Shown here: positions 1 through 10,650 of the stretch, in pieces
Layout of the letters: every line of letters begins with the position of its first letter
How positions within the stretch are numbered: the first letter of the stretch is position 1
DNA from: Candidatus Bathyarchaeota archaeon
Lineage (GTDB): Archaea > Thermoproteota > Bathyarchaeia > 40CM-2-53-6 > RBG-13-38-9
NCBI GenBank assembly: GCA_963807605.1
Contig: CAWECG010000001.1
Coordinates: 320,001-384,000 of the forward strand
Length of the DNA stretch: 64,000 bases
Direction of reading: 5' to 3'
Notes under the pieces: model-generated
What the model was told of the DNA's origin: nothing
The model's database searches: none
Seen by the model: only the letters and a program-made list of their open reading frames with translations
Program-made: the position numbers and the translations under genes

Positions 1-567
1 ACACACGAGCATAAGAACTTTAGTCGTTGAGTTCGAGATCTTTGATGTTTCAGCATCTCGATGAGGATAGATCGCCACGAGCTTCTCTGAATCCGAGATT
101 ACAACCTCGATTCCGGTTAATTTAATGGGTTTATTCATTCCTATTCCCAGAAATTCCTCGCCTTCCTTAGCCCATCTCATCAGAAGATCGCCTTTGAGTC
201 TGTCTCGAGTGAAGGCTGCAAGTGCTATCTCGGTCTTGATAGATGCCAGGTTATAGGCGTCGACGAGGTTGTTTATCCTTGGCAGCGTTCTCCCTGAGAG
301 AATCCTTCTTATTAGAGCCTCGGCTGCTGGCCTAACTTTCGTAGGGTCTATTCCCACTCTCCAGAAGAAGTCTCTATAGAGCCTGAGGATAGGTACGTCC
401 TTCAAAGAATCGAGAGTATACTTCTGCCTGACCTCAATAGAAAATCCTTCGTAAGCCTTCTGAAACTTGGTACCACTATCTGCAACTTTGACGCCATCGA
501 TATAGGCTACGAGAGCTCGCAGTCCTGGAAACTGCTCTTTCAGATCTTGGCTGGCTTGTAGAAGCAT
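1..567 (-). CDS. B3/B4 (PheT-like tRNA-editing) domain protein, runs off window start
   Basis: Manual translation from ATG at 567: MLLQASQDLKEQFPGL...YRDFFWRVGIDPTKVRPAAEALIRRILSGRTLPRINNLVDAYNLASIKT, typical B3/B4 motifs. Confidence 0.85.
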   Translation of the reverse strand, partial: MLLQASQDLKEQFPGLRALVAYIDGVKVADSGTKFQKAYEGFSIEVRQKYTLDSLKDVPILRLYRDFFWRVGIDPTKVRPAAEALIRRILSGRTLPRINNLVDAYNLASIKTEIALAAFTRDRLKGDLLMRWAKEGEEFLGIGMNKPIKLTGIEVVISDSEKLVAIYPHRDAETSKISNSTTKVLMLVC

Positions 568-644
568 CTTAACCACGAGACGTTAGACTACTCGCAGGTT
601 CAATTTCTTGTGACATCAATGTCTTTTCGTGAAAAACAAGGAAG

Positions 645-2597
645 TCATTTCTTGAGTCGTGTCAGCCTCAATATGTTGAGTAGAGTGAGCAGGGTCACTC
701 CATCGTCACCTGCCACTACTGTAAACCATAATGGTGCGATACCCAGCAGACCCAGTATGCCCAGCGCCACCTTTGTTGCGAGTGATACGGCAGTATTCTG
801 TTTCGCCACTTCCATCGTAAGATCGCTCAATTCTAACAGGTAGGGTATTCTCACTAACTCGTCTTTGACAAGCACCACATCCGCCGATTCAAGCGCAACG
901 TCGACTCCAGAACCTCCCATGGCTATACCAACATCTGAGGCTGCAAGAGCGGGAGCATCATTTATTCCGTCTCCCACCATCGCAACGAGTCCGTATCTTG
1001 CTCTCAGTTCATCGACGATCTTCAGTTTCTCTTCGGGCAGGACCTCTGCCTTATACTCGTCAGGCTGAAGTTGTTGAGCAATCCTCTTGGCAGCCTCTTC
1101 TGTATCGCCAGTTAACATGACAGTGTGTATTCCTTTAGCTTTGAGTAGTTTGATAGCCTCTGCCGCATCGTCTCTAGTCTTGTCTTCTAGACAAATGGTT
1201 CCTGTGAATACTCCGTCCACGGAAACACATATTCTGCTATGCAGATCACATCTTGCTAGGGTGTCAAAGTCAGGTTCCATCTTGGATAGCTTCTCCTTCA
1301 TAAACTCGGTATTCCCGATGGCGATCTTCATTCCGTTCACAAACCCTTCGACCCCCTTTCCCGGCATCTCAACCAATCCCTCGACTTTCGTAGTTGAGAT
1401 GCCCACGCCTTTGTTTACTGCTTGTCTAACTATGGCCTCGGCGACGGGGTGGGTCGAGTATCTTTCTAGAGCTGCTGCATAGTTTAGAACGGACGTGCTC
1501 TTATCGCGAAGCTCGATGTCGGTGACTTCAAGTCTGCCGAGTGTGAGAGTGCCTGTCTTGTCGAAGACCACTGTCTTGACTTTTTGCAGTTTTTCAAGGT
1601 AGACTCCGCCTTTTATTATGACTCCATCTCTTGCCGCCACTGTTGTCGAGGTAAAGATGGTTGCTGGAACAGAAACTATGAACGCACTAGGGCAGGAGAC
1701 GACAAGAAGGATCAAAGCTCGATAGATCCAAGTCGTGGGGTTGCCGTTGAGAAAGATTGGAAAGAGCAGGGCAACGCCCGCGGCCATGACTATCACTATT
1801 GGAACATATATCTTCGCGAATCTGTCCACAAACCTCTCGACATTGGCTTTCCTTCTTCTTGACTGAATTACCAGTTTCACTATTCTAGAGACAAGCGTCT
1901 CTTCAGCTATCTTCGTCACTCTGATCTGTAGAACACTGCCGCTGTTCTGTGAGCCTGCAAATACATCATCACCCGTTCTCTTCAGGACAGGCTTAGATTC
2001 GCCTGTTAAGATTGACTGGTCTACGTGGGAGATGCCACTGACGACTCTACCGTCTAAAGGAATTCTCTCCCCTGGTTTGACCAGAATGATCTCGCCGGGA
2101 AGGATCTCCTTAATGTTGACTTCTTTTTCCATGCCGTCTTTAAGTCTGCTCGCTGTGTCAGGGATATAGCCGGAGAGTGCCTCTACTGTCCTCCTCGCCC
2201 TATCCTCGATGTAGTCTTCAAAATGTTCCGCAAGTGAATAGAAGAATAGCACAATGGCTCCTTCAAGCAGGTAATTGATTAGAGCGGCTCCTATGGCAGC
2301 AATGGCCATTAGAAACTCAACTGAGAAGCGTCTCTCCCAGAGTAACTCTTTCAGCCCAATGTAGCCGACAAAGATTCCGCCGCCAAAGATCGCGCTATAA
2401 TATAACAATGCGGAGACGGTTGCCGGTCTGTACAGAAGAGGTACTGTAAATCCTAAGGGGATACCTTCGAAGAACCAGTTGAAGGCGGTCGATACTAGGA
2501 TGGTCGCGGCGAATATTACCGCGAGATAGAGCCAACTTGGACCTTTTTCTTCGATTGACCCTCTTTCTAGGCTTTTATCTGAATACACGATTAGCAA
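645..2597 (-). CDS. Heavy-metal translocating P1B-type ATPase (ZntA/CadA-like)
   Basis: TGES, DKTGTLT, HP, GDGINDAP motifs; intramembrane CPS instead of CPC; no N-terminal metal-binding domain. Confidence 0.93.
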   Translation of the reverse strand: MLIVYSDKSLERGSIEEKGPSWLYLAVIFAATILVSTAFNWFFEGIPLGFTVPLLYRPATVSALLYYSAIFGGGIFVGYIGLKELLWERRFSVEFLMAIAAIGAALINYLLEGAIVLFFYSLAEHFEDYIEDRARRTVEALSGYIPDTASRLKDGMEKEVNIKEILPGEIILVKPGERIPLDGRVVSGISHVDQSILTGESKPVLKRTGDDVFAGSQNSGSVLQIRVTKIAEETLVSRIVKLVIQSRRRKANVERFVDRFAKIYVPIVIVMAAGVALLFPIFLNGNPTTWIYRALILLVVSCPSAFIVSVPATIFTSTTVAARDGVIIKGGVYLEKLQKVKTVVFDKTGTLTLGRLEVTDIELRDKSTSVLNYAAALERYSTHPVAEAIVRQAVNKGVGISTTKVEGLVEMPGKGVEGFVNGMKIAIGNTEFMKEKLSKMEPDFDTLARCDLHSRICVSVDGVFTGTICLEDKTRDDAAEAIKLLKAKGIHTVMLTGDTEEAAKRIAQQLQPDEYKAEVLPEEKLKIVDELRARYGLVAMVGDGINDAPALAASDVGIAMGGSGVDVALESADVVLVKDELVRIPYLLELSDLTMEVAKQNTAVSLATKVALGILGLLGIAPLWFTVVAGDDGVTLLTLLNILRLTRLKK

Positions 2598-2678
2598 GCC
2601 TTCTCGAATTTGGCTATTAACTCATTGCAGGGCAGACGCGACCCATCACACTGAGTTCGCTAATTCCCTCCGGCGTAT

Positions 2679-3632
2679 TCAAGGGATATTGCAGATTTTC
2701 CTTATCATCTCATGGGTTTGATTGGGGGGCGGTGTTGCATTTACCATGTAGGTCTCAACTCGATCTAACAATTTCTTGTAGAAAACCCTCCTGAGTTCTC
2801 TCTTTCGGTCTGATCTGACTAAGAGATGGGGGTTACAGAAATTCTGCGCTTCTAGGAACTCGAGGGCTTGAGCTGGATCTATTCGTTTCGCCCTTGCTTC
2901 ATCCTTGGGATCTCGCTTGAGAAGTATTATTTTTCTTATCGTTGCGAACGGAACTACCCGACCTTTACCTACGATCCATCGGACATCGAGGATGGCTCGC
3001 CCTTGAGGATCAACTTCTGCGGTCTCAACCAATTCTTTATACTCGTCCCAATTCTGCGCCACATCCGCGGGTGTGTAGAAGTTCTTTTCAGAGCCGTATG
3101 CGAGTGCGTCACCGTCTGAAAATCTTACGAAGAACCAATCGTCCGATAGTATTCTGACCTTAGAAATACGAAGCATGCCGTAAGTGTGTGTTGTCTTTCC
3201 CGTTCCAGGAGGTGCTATTAGGCATATCCCATGGCCGTCTAGGTCCATGCATGCTCCGTGGACGCTGTTTATGTCATGCTCATCCTCCAGTATATCCCCT
3301 GCTGTGGCTAATGCCAAAGATTTGACCCAGCCGTAATAGTCCACATTGATTAGGAAGGCGGTCTTCGAGAGAGGATCGTAGAGGACAGTTAGGGGTCTAT
3401 CTTTCTCCTCGACGACTATTAGTCTACCGTGAGACCTGACGTGTGCGGACATCGGATAGAAGTTATCGTCCCACCTCTCATGGACGTATTTGGAATTTGT
3501 TAGAAGTTTGATGCAACATCCGTAGATGTCGGCCCTCTCCTCATAATGAACCTCTTTAGAGTAGAGGTGCATCAATTCGTCCTTGCGTTCTATACTGATC
3601 AGTTCAACTTCATACTTCGAAGGCAAAACCAT
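2679..3632 (-). CDS. HPr kinase/PEPCK-like P-loop protein
   Basis: VHGAC, GTGKTT Walker A, LSDDW motif. Confidence 0.7.
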   Translation of the reverse strand: MVLPSKYEVELISIERKDELMHLYSKEVHYEERADIYGCCIKLLTNSKYVHERWDDNFYPMSAHVRSHGRLIVVEEKDRPLTVLYDPLSKTAFLINVDYYGWVKSLALATAGDILEDEHDINSVHGACMDLDGHGICLIAPPGTGKTTHTYGMLRISKVRILSDDWFFVRFSDGDALAYGSEKNFYTPADVAQNWDEYKELVETAEVDPQGRAILDVRWIVGKGRVVPFATIRKIILLKRDPKDEARAKRIDPAQALEFLEAQNFCNPHLLVRSDRKRELRRVFYKKLLDRVETYMVNATPPPNQTHEMIRKICNIP

Positions 3633-3822
3633 CTTAGAACAACCTGTTGCGGTGCAGTGCTGAGTCGTGAGAAGACATTCCTACTCATGCCATCCAATTG
3701 ACATGAGCCAAAGAGATATCCCTCTCTTATATCAGATGCTCCTTTACACTCTCAGATAACTGAAAGGATTAATTAATTGTTTCCAAAAAATAGGGAAGTT
3801 TACACGCGCAGGTCAGCGGTTG

Positions 3823-3975
3823 TTATGCCTTGACTAGGTGTCGGCGTAAGGCGTCAGGGCAGGTGCAGGGTCCACCGGACTTTCTGCAATAGACGCCTCT
3901 GCCATCCTTTGTTACTATAAGGGCGAGGCACTCTATCCTCCTAACCCCATTCTGAAGGATACTCACGGTCGCCAA
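3823..3975 (-). CDS. Small Cys-rich protein (50 aa), not in ORF track
   Basis: MATVSILQNGVRRIECLALIVTKDGRGVYCRKSGGPCTCPDALRRHLVKA; TTG start with GGGGGGA RBS-like sequence upstream. Confidence 0.5.
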   Translation of the reverse strand: MATVSILQNGVRRIECLALIVTKDGRGVYCRKSGGPCTCPDALRRHLVKA

Positions 3976-4096
3976 TCGAATCCCCCCGCAAAGACTCTGT
4001 TGGTTAGAGTATTATTCGAGAGAGGAAAGTGAAAGTATTCGACCTCGCACAGTCCGCCGGTTTGTTATAGTAAGCTTGGGAAGCTGCCCGTCTACA

Positions 4097-4888
4097 CTAC
4101 CCTTTCTCATTCTTCTTGTAGGTCTTTAATTCCATCTTTCCCTGATCTATCTTCACGTAGGTGTTCTGGATCGGGGCGTCCGAGACCCAACTTCCAGTGT
4201 TGGCAACTTGTTCTTCCATGAAGGGTCGATGTGTATGGCCGAAGATCAGTTTTCCATTTCGTGGAAGCCCTAGAAACAGATCTTTTACGCTGGATCGGGC
4301 CAGTTGCTCGACTTTGTGCATGTCTCTGCGGCTCTCAGGGACATCGGTTATCGAGGTGATTGTCTGTTGTCGCCTATCTCCTTTTTTAAAGCTGAGATGA
4401 ATTGTATCCCAGAGGATGCTGAGTATATCGCCGACGAAGTCCCCGGTTCTCTGGCAGAGGGAGACGCATAGTGATTCGTATTCTTCGATTGTGAGGGGTT
4501 CGAAGACTGCCAGGGCCTCAAGTTGGTAGCCATGAATGAAGTTATAGACGACGCCATTGTCTTCAAGTCTCAGACTTTTTCTAACATCGAAGAGCTGATT
4601 CTCAGGAAGCTTCAATGTGATTAAGGTGTAGTCGTGATTTCCAACAATGTAATGGATTTTGGCATCGAGAGTCTCCAACATGTTGAATATGAGTTCGTTC
4701 TCAAGGGCAACTGACACATTGGTTCTTCTCCAGAAGTCCAGTATGTCGCCCAGAAGGACGAGATGATCGTTTGAGCCTAGCGGCTTGCAGACTTCTTCGA
4801 TGAAATCTAGGAAGATTTGCCTGTTGGAGCTTTGGTAGCCTAGATGAACATCGGAAGCGACTATTATCAGAAGAATCGCCTTAGCCAA
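4097..4888 (-). CDS. Calcineurin-like metallophosphoesterase
   Basis: SDVHLG, GDILD, GNHD, HG, GHTH motifs. Confidence 0.88.
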   Translation of the reverse strand: MAKAILLIIVASDVHLGYQSSNRQIFLDFIEEVCKPLGSNDHLVLLGDILDFWRRTNVSVALENELIFNMLETLDAKIHYIVGNHDYTLITLKLPENQLFDVRKSLRLEDNGVVYNFIHGYQLEALAVFEPLTIEEYESLCVSLCQRTGDFVGDILSILWDTIHLSFKKGDRRQQTITSITDVPESRRDMHKVEQLARSSVKDLFLGLPRNGKLIFGHTHRPFMEEQVANTGSWVSDAPIQNTYVKIDQGKMELKTYKKNEKG

Positions 4889-5100
4889 AAATAGTGCATC
4901 ATGATTCTTTTAAGTGATTTTTCGCGGAGATCGCGATTACTACCAGCAACATTGCTGAGCTCGCTCAGTCAGAGTGTCTCTAGCTTAAGACAGGCTTAAG
5001 AATTGACAAGCGCGCTCAAAACGTGCTACCGCTGAAAAGATCCTGGAGAAAGGTTTCAATAGACTGACATGTTTCATATTACACGGGAAGTGTATCTTCA

Positions 5101-5760
5101 ATGAGTCTTGACTCTGAACTCATAAGAAGCTTGAGTGTCTTTGACACCTCAAAGCTGTCGGATATCCTGGACGATCTTGGATGCAGAGCATCTATGACAG
5201 CTACGGTTAAGCCTCTTTGGGAAGGCTTGCAGGTGTGTGGTCCTGCAGTCACAGTTGAGGCCGTTCCAAGCACAAGCTCCAGCACTGGACCTAAGCTTTT
5301 TGAAGCCATCGATTCATGTCGCAGAGGCGATGTGATTGTGGTAGGCGTGAACGAGGATATCTCGTGCGACAGCTGGGGAGGGCTTGTCACCCGTTGTGCG
5401 ATGGCCAGGGAAGTTGCCGGTGTCGTAACTGATGGGCCTGCGAGAGACTATAAAGAAATCAAGGAGTCAAGGTTTCCAGTCTTCTCAAAAGGCTTGGTCC
5501 CGACATCACCGAAAGGAAGGAGGATCTATACTGACTTCAACATTCCAATAATATGTGGAGGAGTCAGAGTAAACCCTCAAGATATAATATTAGGCGATGA
5601 CGACGGAGTCGTCGTGATTCCTAGGGAGAAAGTTTCCATCGTAAGAGATATGGCGGTAAGAACGTCGCAAGCCGAGCAAGCAATAATCAAGGCTATAGAG
5701 CAGGGAGCACCAGCTAAAGAAGCCTTGACAATGAAGTTTGAAGGAATAGACATAATATAG
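5101..5760 (+). CDS. RraA family / HMG aldolase
   Basis: GPAVTV, WGGL, DGPARD, GDDDGVVVIP motifs. Confidence 0.88.
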   Translation: MSLDSELIRSLSVFDTSKLSDILDDLGCRASMTATVKPLWEGLQVCGPAVTVEAVPSTSSSTGPKLFEAIDSCRRGDVIVVGVNEDISCDSWGGLVTRCAMAREVAGVVTDGPARDYKEIKESRFPVFSKGLVPTSPKGRRIYTDFNIPIICGGVRVNPQDIILGDDDGVVVIPREKVSIVRDMAVRTSQAEQAIIKAIEQGAPAKEALTMKFEGIDII

Positions 5761-6084
5761 CACAGACCATGTATCGCCCTATCTCGTCTTTATTTGGATG
5801 ATTCATCGTTGCCTAGATCGGCGCCTGGACTGAAGGACATGGGCATCGACTGAGAAACAAAAACACAATCTTATCCTAGAAGGACCTTCAAGACGCTTGA
5901 TTTCGAATTAACGTCTCCGTTGAAAGCTCCATATGGAATCTGACTTGTTCATTGTGAACCTCATGTTTTCGTCAAGTTTTCTTTGCTGTTTTGTCTATCT
6001 TTCGCATGAGGATGTCTCCATCTGTCAGGCTTAGTCCTAGGTAATTGCCTTCTTTGATGTTTAGCTGCTAGGCAACTTGTATGG

Positions 6085-6348
6085 GTGTTTCGCTCTTCTC
6101 TCTGGCTTTTATTCCCTCGAATTCTTGATCAAGGGCTGTTAGAGGTATGGTGTATGAATCCGGATCCGTCGCATAAGATTATCAGAATACCGATTGTGAG
6201 GGACTATGAGGTTGTGTACTGTGACTACTGCGGCATCTTTGCAACTCATCCGGAGATTGAGAGGCCATGCAAGCGTAAGCCTGACCTGCTTGCGAAGCTG
6301 AAACGACTGGAGAGTCTTAACGGTCGGAGTGTCCATCTTATAGTCTAG
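6085..6348 (+). CDS. Small zinc-binding protein (likely start MNPDPSH), paralog of 53202..53711
   Basis: H...CDYC...H...C pattern; strong similarity to the ORF at 53.2-53.5 kb. Confidence 0.6.
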   Translation: MFRSSLWLLFPRILDQGLLEVWCMNPDPSHKIIRIPIVRDYEVVYCDYCGIFATHPEIERPCKRKPDLLAKLKRLESLNGRSVHLIV

Positions 6349-6351
6349 GTT

Positions 6352-7410
6352 TTAGATGTCATTCTGACCTTTTTCGGTTTTGTCTTTGCTTTCGATTGAT
6401 CCATCGTCATCAAGCGTGGTCAAGTTCAGAGAATATATCCCCTTTCCTTGGTTCTGTTGTTTTTGTTTGTATCGTCTTATGAGCTCATCCAAGTCCAATT
6501 TCCACTCGTCCCTTTCGTCGTAGCTATCCCTAGGAAACATCATTCTACTAGGTATGCTCAGGTTAGGGGTCCCCCTATCATTTCTTTCTCTTTCAACGAT
6601 GTCCCAAGGATCGACTAGGCTTTGGAAGTGTGGGTATGATTCGTCCCCTGTGAATTCCATCATCATAATGTTATTCCGCCATTGGGCGTTGTGGTAGATT
6701 AGGTCTTTGCTTTTGACATGTTCCATCTTGCTAAGGACGTATCTATGGTTCTGTGTTAGAAAATGCCCCTTTTCTTTCGCCAGTTTTGCGTCTTCAAGGA
6801 GGGGGTGGGATGGGATCCTTATAATACTCAAGTATGCGTCGTGAGTGAGTCCGATCTTATCACCTATCTCCTTATCGAGATGTTTGCGAAGCTCCTCTTC
6901 AAGTCCTCCTATGAGATCCTCAAAGTCTTCAAGCTTGCCAGCATAATGGAACTCAGTATATGCCAAGTCGAAAGCTTCTACGATGAGGTCTAGCACAAGT
7001 TTAGTCTCTTCGTCAGGTGACTCAGCACGACAGAGAGCTTGAGCTATCTCTTTCAGATGGCCTAATGTGTGGCTTATTCCTAGGATAACTTCGCCTGCTT
7101 TAGTAATGTCCACAAGTTTTACTCCGTATCTGCGAGTTTTCCCCGACTTCTTAGAAGCCCTGGTTATAGCCCCTTTGGCTGTGTCACAGTATCCCTGATT
7201 CCGCAGCCACTTGAATAGAGGGTGGTACCTATGTGGGTCCATCTTGACCTGCTTTCGCAGTTCTGTTGCCTTGAGTTGAACGTGCTTTAGGTTGCACGTC
7301 CGAATGTGTTCTAGAATTTTCAGGGCACTCGACTGTAGCTCTGGTGGCAAGTACCTGATGGAAGATTTGCCCTTTAGAGTGTCGGCGAGTTCCTGAATAT
7401 TAGTTGGCAA
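6352..7410 (-). CDS. Hypothetical protein, possible winged-helix N-terminal region (start moved to TTG 7410 to avoid overlap)
   Basis: Long ORF (ORF track 6352..7554); divergent from AbrB-like gene. Confidence 0.55.
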   Translation of the reverse strand: MPTNIQELADTLKGKSSIRYLPPELQSSALKILEHIRTCNLKHVQLKATELRKQVKMDPHRYHPLFKWLRNQGYCDTAKGAITRASKKSGKTRRYGVKLVDITKAGEVILGISHTLGHLKEIAQALCRAESPDEETKLVLDLIVEAFDLAYTEFHYAGKLEDFEDLIGGLEEELRKHLDKEIGDKIGLTHDAYLSIIRIPSHPLLEDAKLAKEKGHFLTQNHRYVLSKMEHVKSKDLIYHNAQWRNNIMMMEFTGDESYPHFQSLVDPWDIVERERNDRGTPNLSIPSRMMFPRDSYDERDEWKLDLDELIRRYKQKQQNQGKGIYSLNLTTLDDDGSIESKDKTEKGQNDI

Positions 7411-7462
7411 TTGTGTTCCAAACAATAAGTGGAATACAGATATAGATATTCTTTGAATAAAC

Positions 7463-7768
7463 ATGAAAACGAAAGTTCCGAGAATAGTCGAAAGAAAGAT
7501 TATCCAGCTAACAAAGCCGAATGGTCTAAGGCAGTATCTCCTGACCCTTCCCAAGGATTATGCGAGAGACTTGGTTGACCGTAATATACGGAGTCTGATA
7601 GTGATCTCAGATTACGGTCTTGCCGCCTTTCCGAACGAGGGTGAAGACTCTGAGGCAGGCTTGCTAGAATTTCTGAAGGCGCATCCGAAGTTGAAGAGAT
7701 TCTTTGTGAAAAAGACAATGCGGACTTGCAAGATTCGCAGTTCGGATCTAGGTCTGATTGTAAAATGA
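7463..7768 (+). CDS. AbrB/SpoVT-like DNA-binding protein
   Basis: RKIIQL...QYLLTLPKDYA swapped-hairpin signature. Confidence 0.6.
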   Translation: MKTKVPRIVERKIIQLTKPNGLRQYLLTLPKDYARDLVDRNIRSLIVISDYGLAAFPNEGEDSEAGLLEFLKAHPKLKRFFVKKTMRTCKIRSSDLGLIVK

Positions 7769-8243
7769 TTTCCTTAGAGAGATTTAGTTCTAATCCTATC
7801 ATTGTCAAGTCAGACTCTAATCTTATTGTGGAAAGTCTTGGATCGCTTTTAACCGATAGTTCTGACATCATCGCCGAATCTAGTGGCAATTATGACCTTA
7901 GTGGAGGTTGATGCCGTTCTCACATTTGACAACAGCCCCCTCTGCCCGAGAAATAGTTGGGAAGCTCAAGGATCTCGGTAGGAAGGGTGAATCCTACACC
8001 AGGATCAATAACAGGATAATTGAGCGGGTCAGAGTTGAGGCTACTTGACACGGCATCTAACTTTCAGCACGATTCGTCTATGTCAGTATTGCGCTGAGCC
8101 CAACGATACAATCTACATTATCTGCTCGAAGTGTAGGGCTGCCCTATTCGAGAGAAAGCCTAGGAATAATTCAACATGCTAGAATGTAGTCTCGAGAAGG
8201 AGAGCGCCCAAGGCTCGCAACCATAGCGCCCTCCATCATCACG

Positions 8244-8480
8244 GTGACATTAATGAGTTGTGAATCAGAAGTTTTAGGTCTTTCGGAAAATGGTGTCATT
8301 CCAACATCAAGGCGACCAAACGGCCTCGGATTACGGGTTAATCTGCGTCTTAGACCTCGAGAAATGGCTTTCCTCAGGACACTCGCTAAGAACCGCCGCA
8401 AGACTCTGGCTCAAATCACACGTGAAGCCCTACGAGCAGAGTTTGAGAAGGCACGGCAGAGGGGAGAACTTGTCTTCTAG
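8244..8480 (+). CDS. Ribbon-helix-helix (CopG-like) protein
   Basis: RVNLRL...LRTLAKNRRKTLAQITREAL. Confidence 0.6.
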   Translation: MTLMSCESEVLGLSENGVIPTSRRPNGLGLRVNLRLRPREMAFLRTLAKNRRKTLAQITREALRAEFEKARQRGELVF

Positions 8481-9075
8481 GAAACCCTCAACCACGCCCA
8501 CTGCTGAAATGGTAACCAATCAAACTATCAATCAATCAAATCAAACATTCATAAGAAATAATAATAATAATCAGAAAAACACCACTCCCACTTCTAAAAT
8601 TGGTTACCAAATCGCCGAGCGGAAAGCCGGCAAATCCTTCAGCCTACGACCGTCCACGATAAGCCGCTTCTCCAACCTCTGCAGGAGCCTAGAAATAAGC
8701 GAGAGCAAGGCTGCAGACGACCTCCTCACCCTAGTCTGCGACGCCCTGGAGGAAAACCCGGCAGACCACATCATAGGCGAATACCTCCTAGACCAGACAA
8801 TCACCTATCTCCAAGCCAAAACCCCGCCGGAAACCGGGGAACCTGAAGACGGTGACAGATGGATAAACGATAGAAATGCGGCTCTAGTAGAGTTGGAAAA
8901 GACAAACTACTATCTAGACAATCTTAGAGATCAATGGCCAACATTAGAGAAAAACAAGAAGACCAAAGCAATTCAACACTGCAGTAAACACGGCCTATTG
9001 GAAAGACTCAAATCAACTGTGAAAATCACGGCCGAGCTTGAAACTGAGGCGCAACTACAGGAGGACCCCCCGTAA
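8290..9075 (+). CDS. Hypothetical mobile-element protein (true start uncertain, probably downstream of 8480)
   Basis: Long ORF, translationally coupled (TAATG) to next gene. Confidence 0.45.
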   Translation: MVSFQHQGDQTASDYGLICVLDLEKWLSSGHSLRTAARLWLKSHVKPYEQSLRRHGRGENLSSRKPSTTPTAEMVTNQTINQSNQTFIRNNNNNQKNTTPTSKIGYQIAERKAGKSFSLRPSTISRFSNLCRSLEISESKAADDLLTLVCDALEENPADHIIGEYLLDQTITYLQAKTPPETGEPEDGDRWINDRNAALVELEKTNYYLDNLRDQWPTLEKNKKTKAIQHCSKHGLLERLKSTVKITAELETEAQLQEDPP

Positions 9076-9482
9076 TGGCCTCCAATAAGTCGAAACGCCA
9101 AAAGACATCTGACCGTGCACCGCAGAATATCAGCAAGATCAAGGGTCAATGGGGAGGCCCAAGACCTAACAGTGGAGGGGCTAGACCTGGTGCGGGTAAG
9201 CCTCAACGTCAGCCGTCACCTTGGCCAGAGGACTGTGATCTTAAGACTGCTAAGGGTATTGACCGTTTTCTCTCCCAACTCATAGAGACAACATGGAAAA
9301 GCAATGTGTTGGATCCTAGAACAGTCGGATGCTTGAACAACACGGTCAAGCTGCTTCTTGAGCTTCGAGGATGGACTGAACTTGATGATGACCTGGATAT
9401 TCTGCCGGCACGTGATCCTGTCGATTATGAGTCTAAGAAATCATATCGAGACAGCCTATACAAAGAAGAGGATGAAGCATAA
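9075..9482 (+). CDS. Virus-like protein with GGARPGAG motif (terminase small subunit-like N-terminus)
   Basis: WGGPRPNSGGARPGAGKP motif seen in phage small terminase-like proteins. Confidence 0.45.
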   Translation: MASNKSKRQKTSDRAPQNISKIKGQWGGPRPNSGGARPGAGKPQRQPSPWPEDCDLKTAKGIDRFLSQLIETTWKSNVLDPRTVGCLNNTVKLLLELRGWTELDDDLDILPARDPVDYESKKSYRDSLYKEEDEA

Positions 9483-9604
9483 GAATCCCCATTAGATCAC
9501 TGTTTGTAAAGCAAGGACGCTCCATCTTTCAAGTTGGAGAGGAATTGCGTCAGAGCAATGGGGCCGCAAACCCTAGGATTCTGTCGAGGGAGATTCAAAA
9601 GACC

Positions 9605-9631
9605 CGGCAGGCTTTAGCCTGCCGTAGTTCA
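9605..9631 (+). mobile_element. IS200/IS605-type right-end hairpin (orphan)
   Basis: CGGCAGGC-TTTA-GCCTGCCG followed by TAGTTCA, the typical IS605/tnpB right-end layout; no tnpA/tnpB nearby. Confidence 0.5.
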
Positions 9632-10009
9632 GACTTGAAGGGCGGCTAACTACATCGAATATGATTTTGTATCGCTTCGCTCAGTCTTCCTAACAGAACA
9701 GCAAATTTTCTTCTAATAGCTTTTCTCCACAAGACAACCGCAGAGGCCACAACTAGCGCAACCAAACCGACCGTATGGTAGAGGGTTAGTCCTATGAGAC
9801 CCTCTGACTTGATCGCTAAGAGAAGCACTATCATGTAGAATAGGCAAGTTACCATCCAAGTGATCTTTGAGATCTTTAGGTGGAGACATAGATCTGGTGA
9901 TGACATCGAGATTGAGCTGAAAGATGAGAAGGTTGCGTTGAAGGCGTTGCAAGAATGGTGAGCCACTGGTAGTGCTGAGGTTAATTCAAAAGCCTTTGCT
10001 CATGATATT

Positions 10010-10372
10010 ATGTCTTCTAGGGGGAGACTATCCTTGAGTGAAGCAGTCGTTAGGTGCCCAAAGTGCGGCGAGAAGCTTCGAATTACGATAACTTCAACGC
10101 CAGAACAATCGCTCGATAAGCCTGTGGAGGCTGCAAAGCAAATCAAGATGAACGCTCAGGCTGTATCAGAGCCGAAAGTCGAATTGGATATTCAAGCTAT
10201 AGACTGGAAGCCTTGGAAGCGGGGAACAGGGGAGTGGGCGAGCATGCAAGATGCAATGGGGCTTTTCATGAAGCTCCAGAGTGCTGGTGGAAAGCTTGAG
10301 CATGGGGGTTACAGCTATTGGATATTCGGCAGAAACAGGGATATGATTGCGAGGAAAAATATTTTAGATTAA
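10010..10372 (+). CDS. Zinc-ribbon-containing hypothetical protein
   Basis: CPKCGE; WKPWK...GEW C-terminal domain. Confidence 0.55.
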   Translation: MSSRGRLSLSEAVVRCPKCGEKLRITITSTPEQSLDKPVEAAKQIKMNAQAVSEPKVELDIQAIDWKPWKRGTGEWASMQDAMGLFMKLQSAGGKLEHGGYSYWIFGRNRDMIARKNILD

Positions 10373-10650
10373 CGCTTGTTTGAATCCACATCCGTAGGCA
10401 ACAAGCGCTTTGAACGGTCGTTCGCCTATTTTGTGTGTGCATACAAGACGTAGGCACCCACGAGCGGCTACCTACGCATCAACCTTGGTTAGCCCTCTCG
10501 TGTAGCCCTCGATGAACTTCGCCATTTCTTGTGAGAAATCACGCTTCGTGCTTGCGCTGAAAAGCTTGATAACCTCCAGACTAAACACTGTCTCTCGAAC
10601 GAATCTTGTGTAGGTTACTCAGAGCATCTTCCAGTCGTAGGTAGGGACGA

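Noticed and set aside
7975-8002. GTAGGA...TCCTAC-ACCA hairpin as a tRNA-like element
   Set aside because: Single short stem, no cloverleaf, does not match the core-site family
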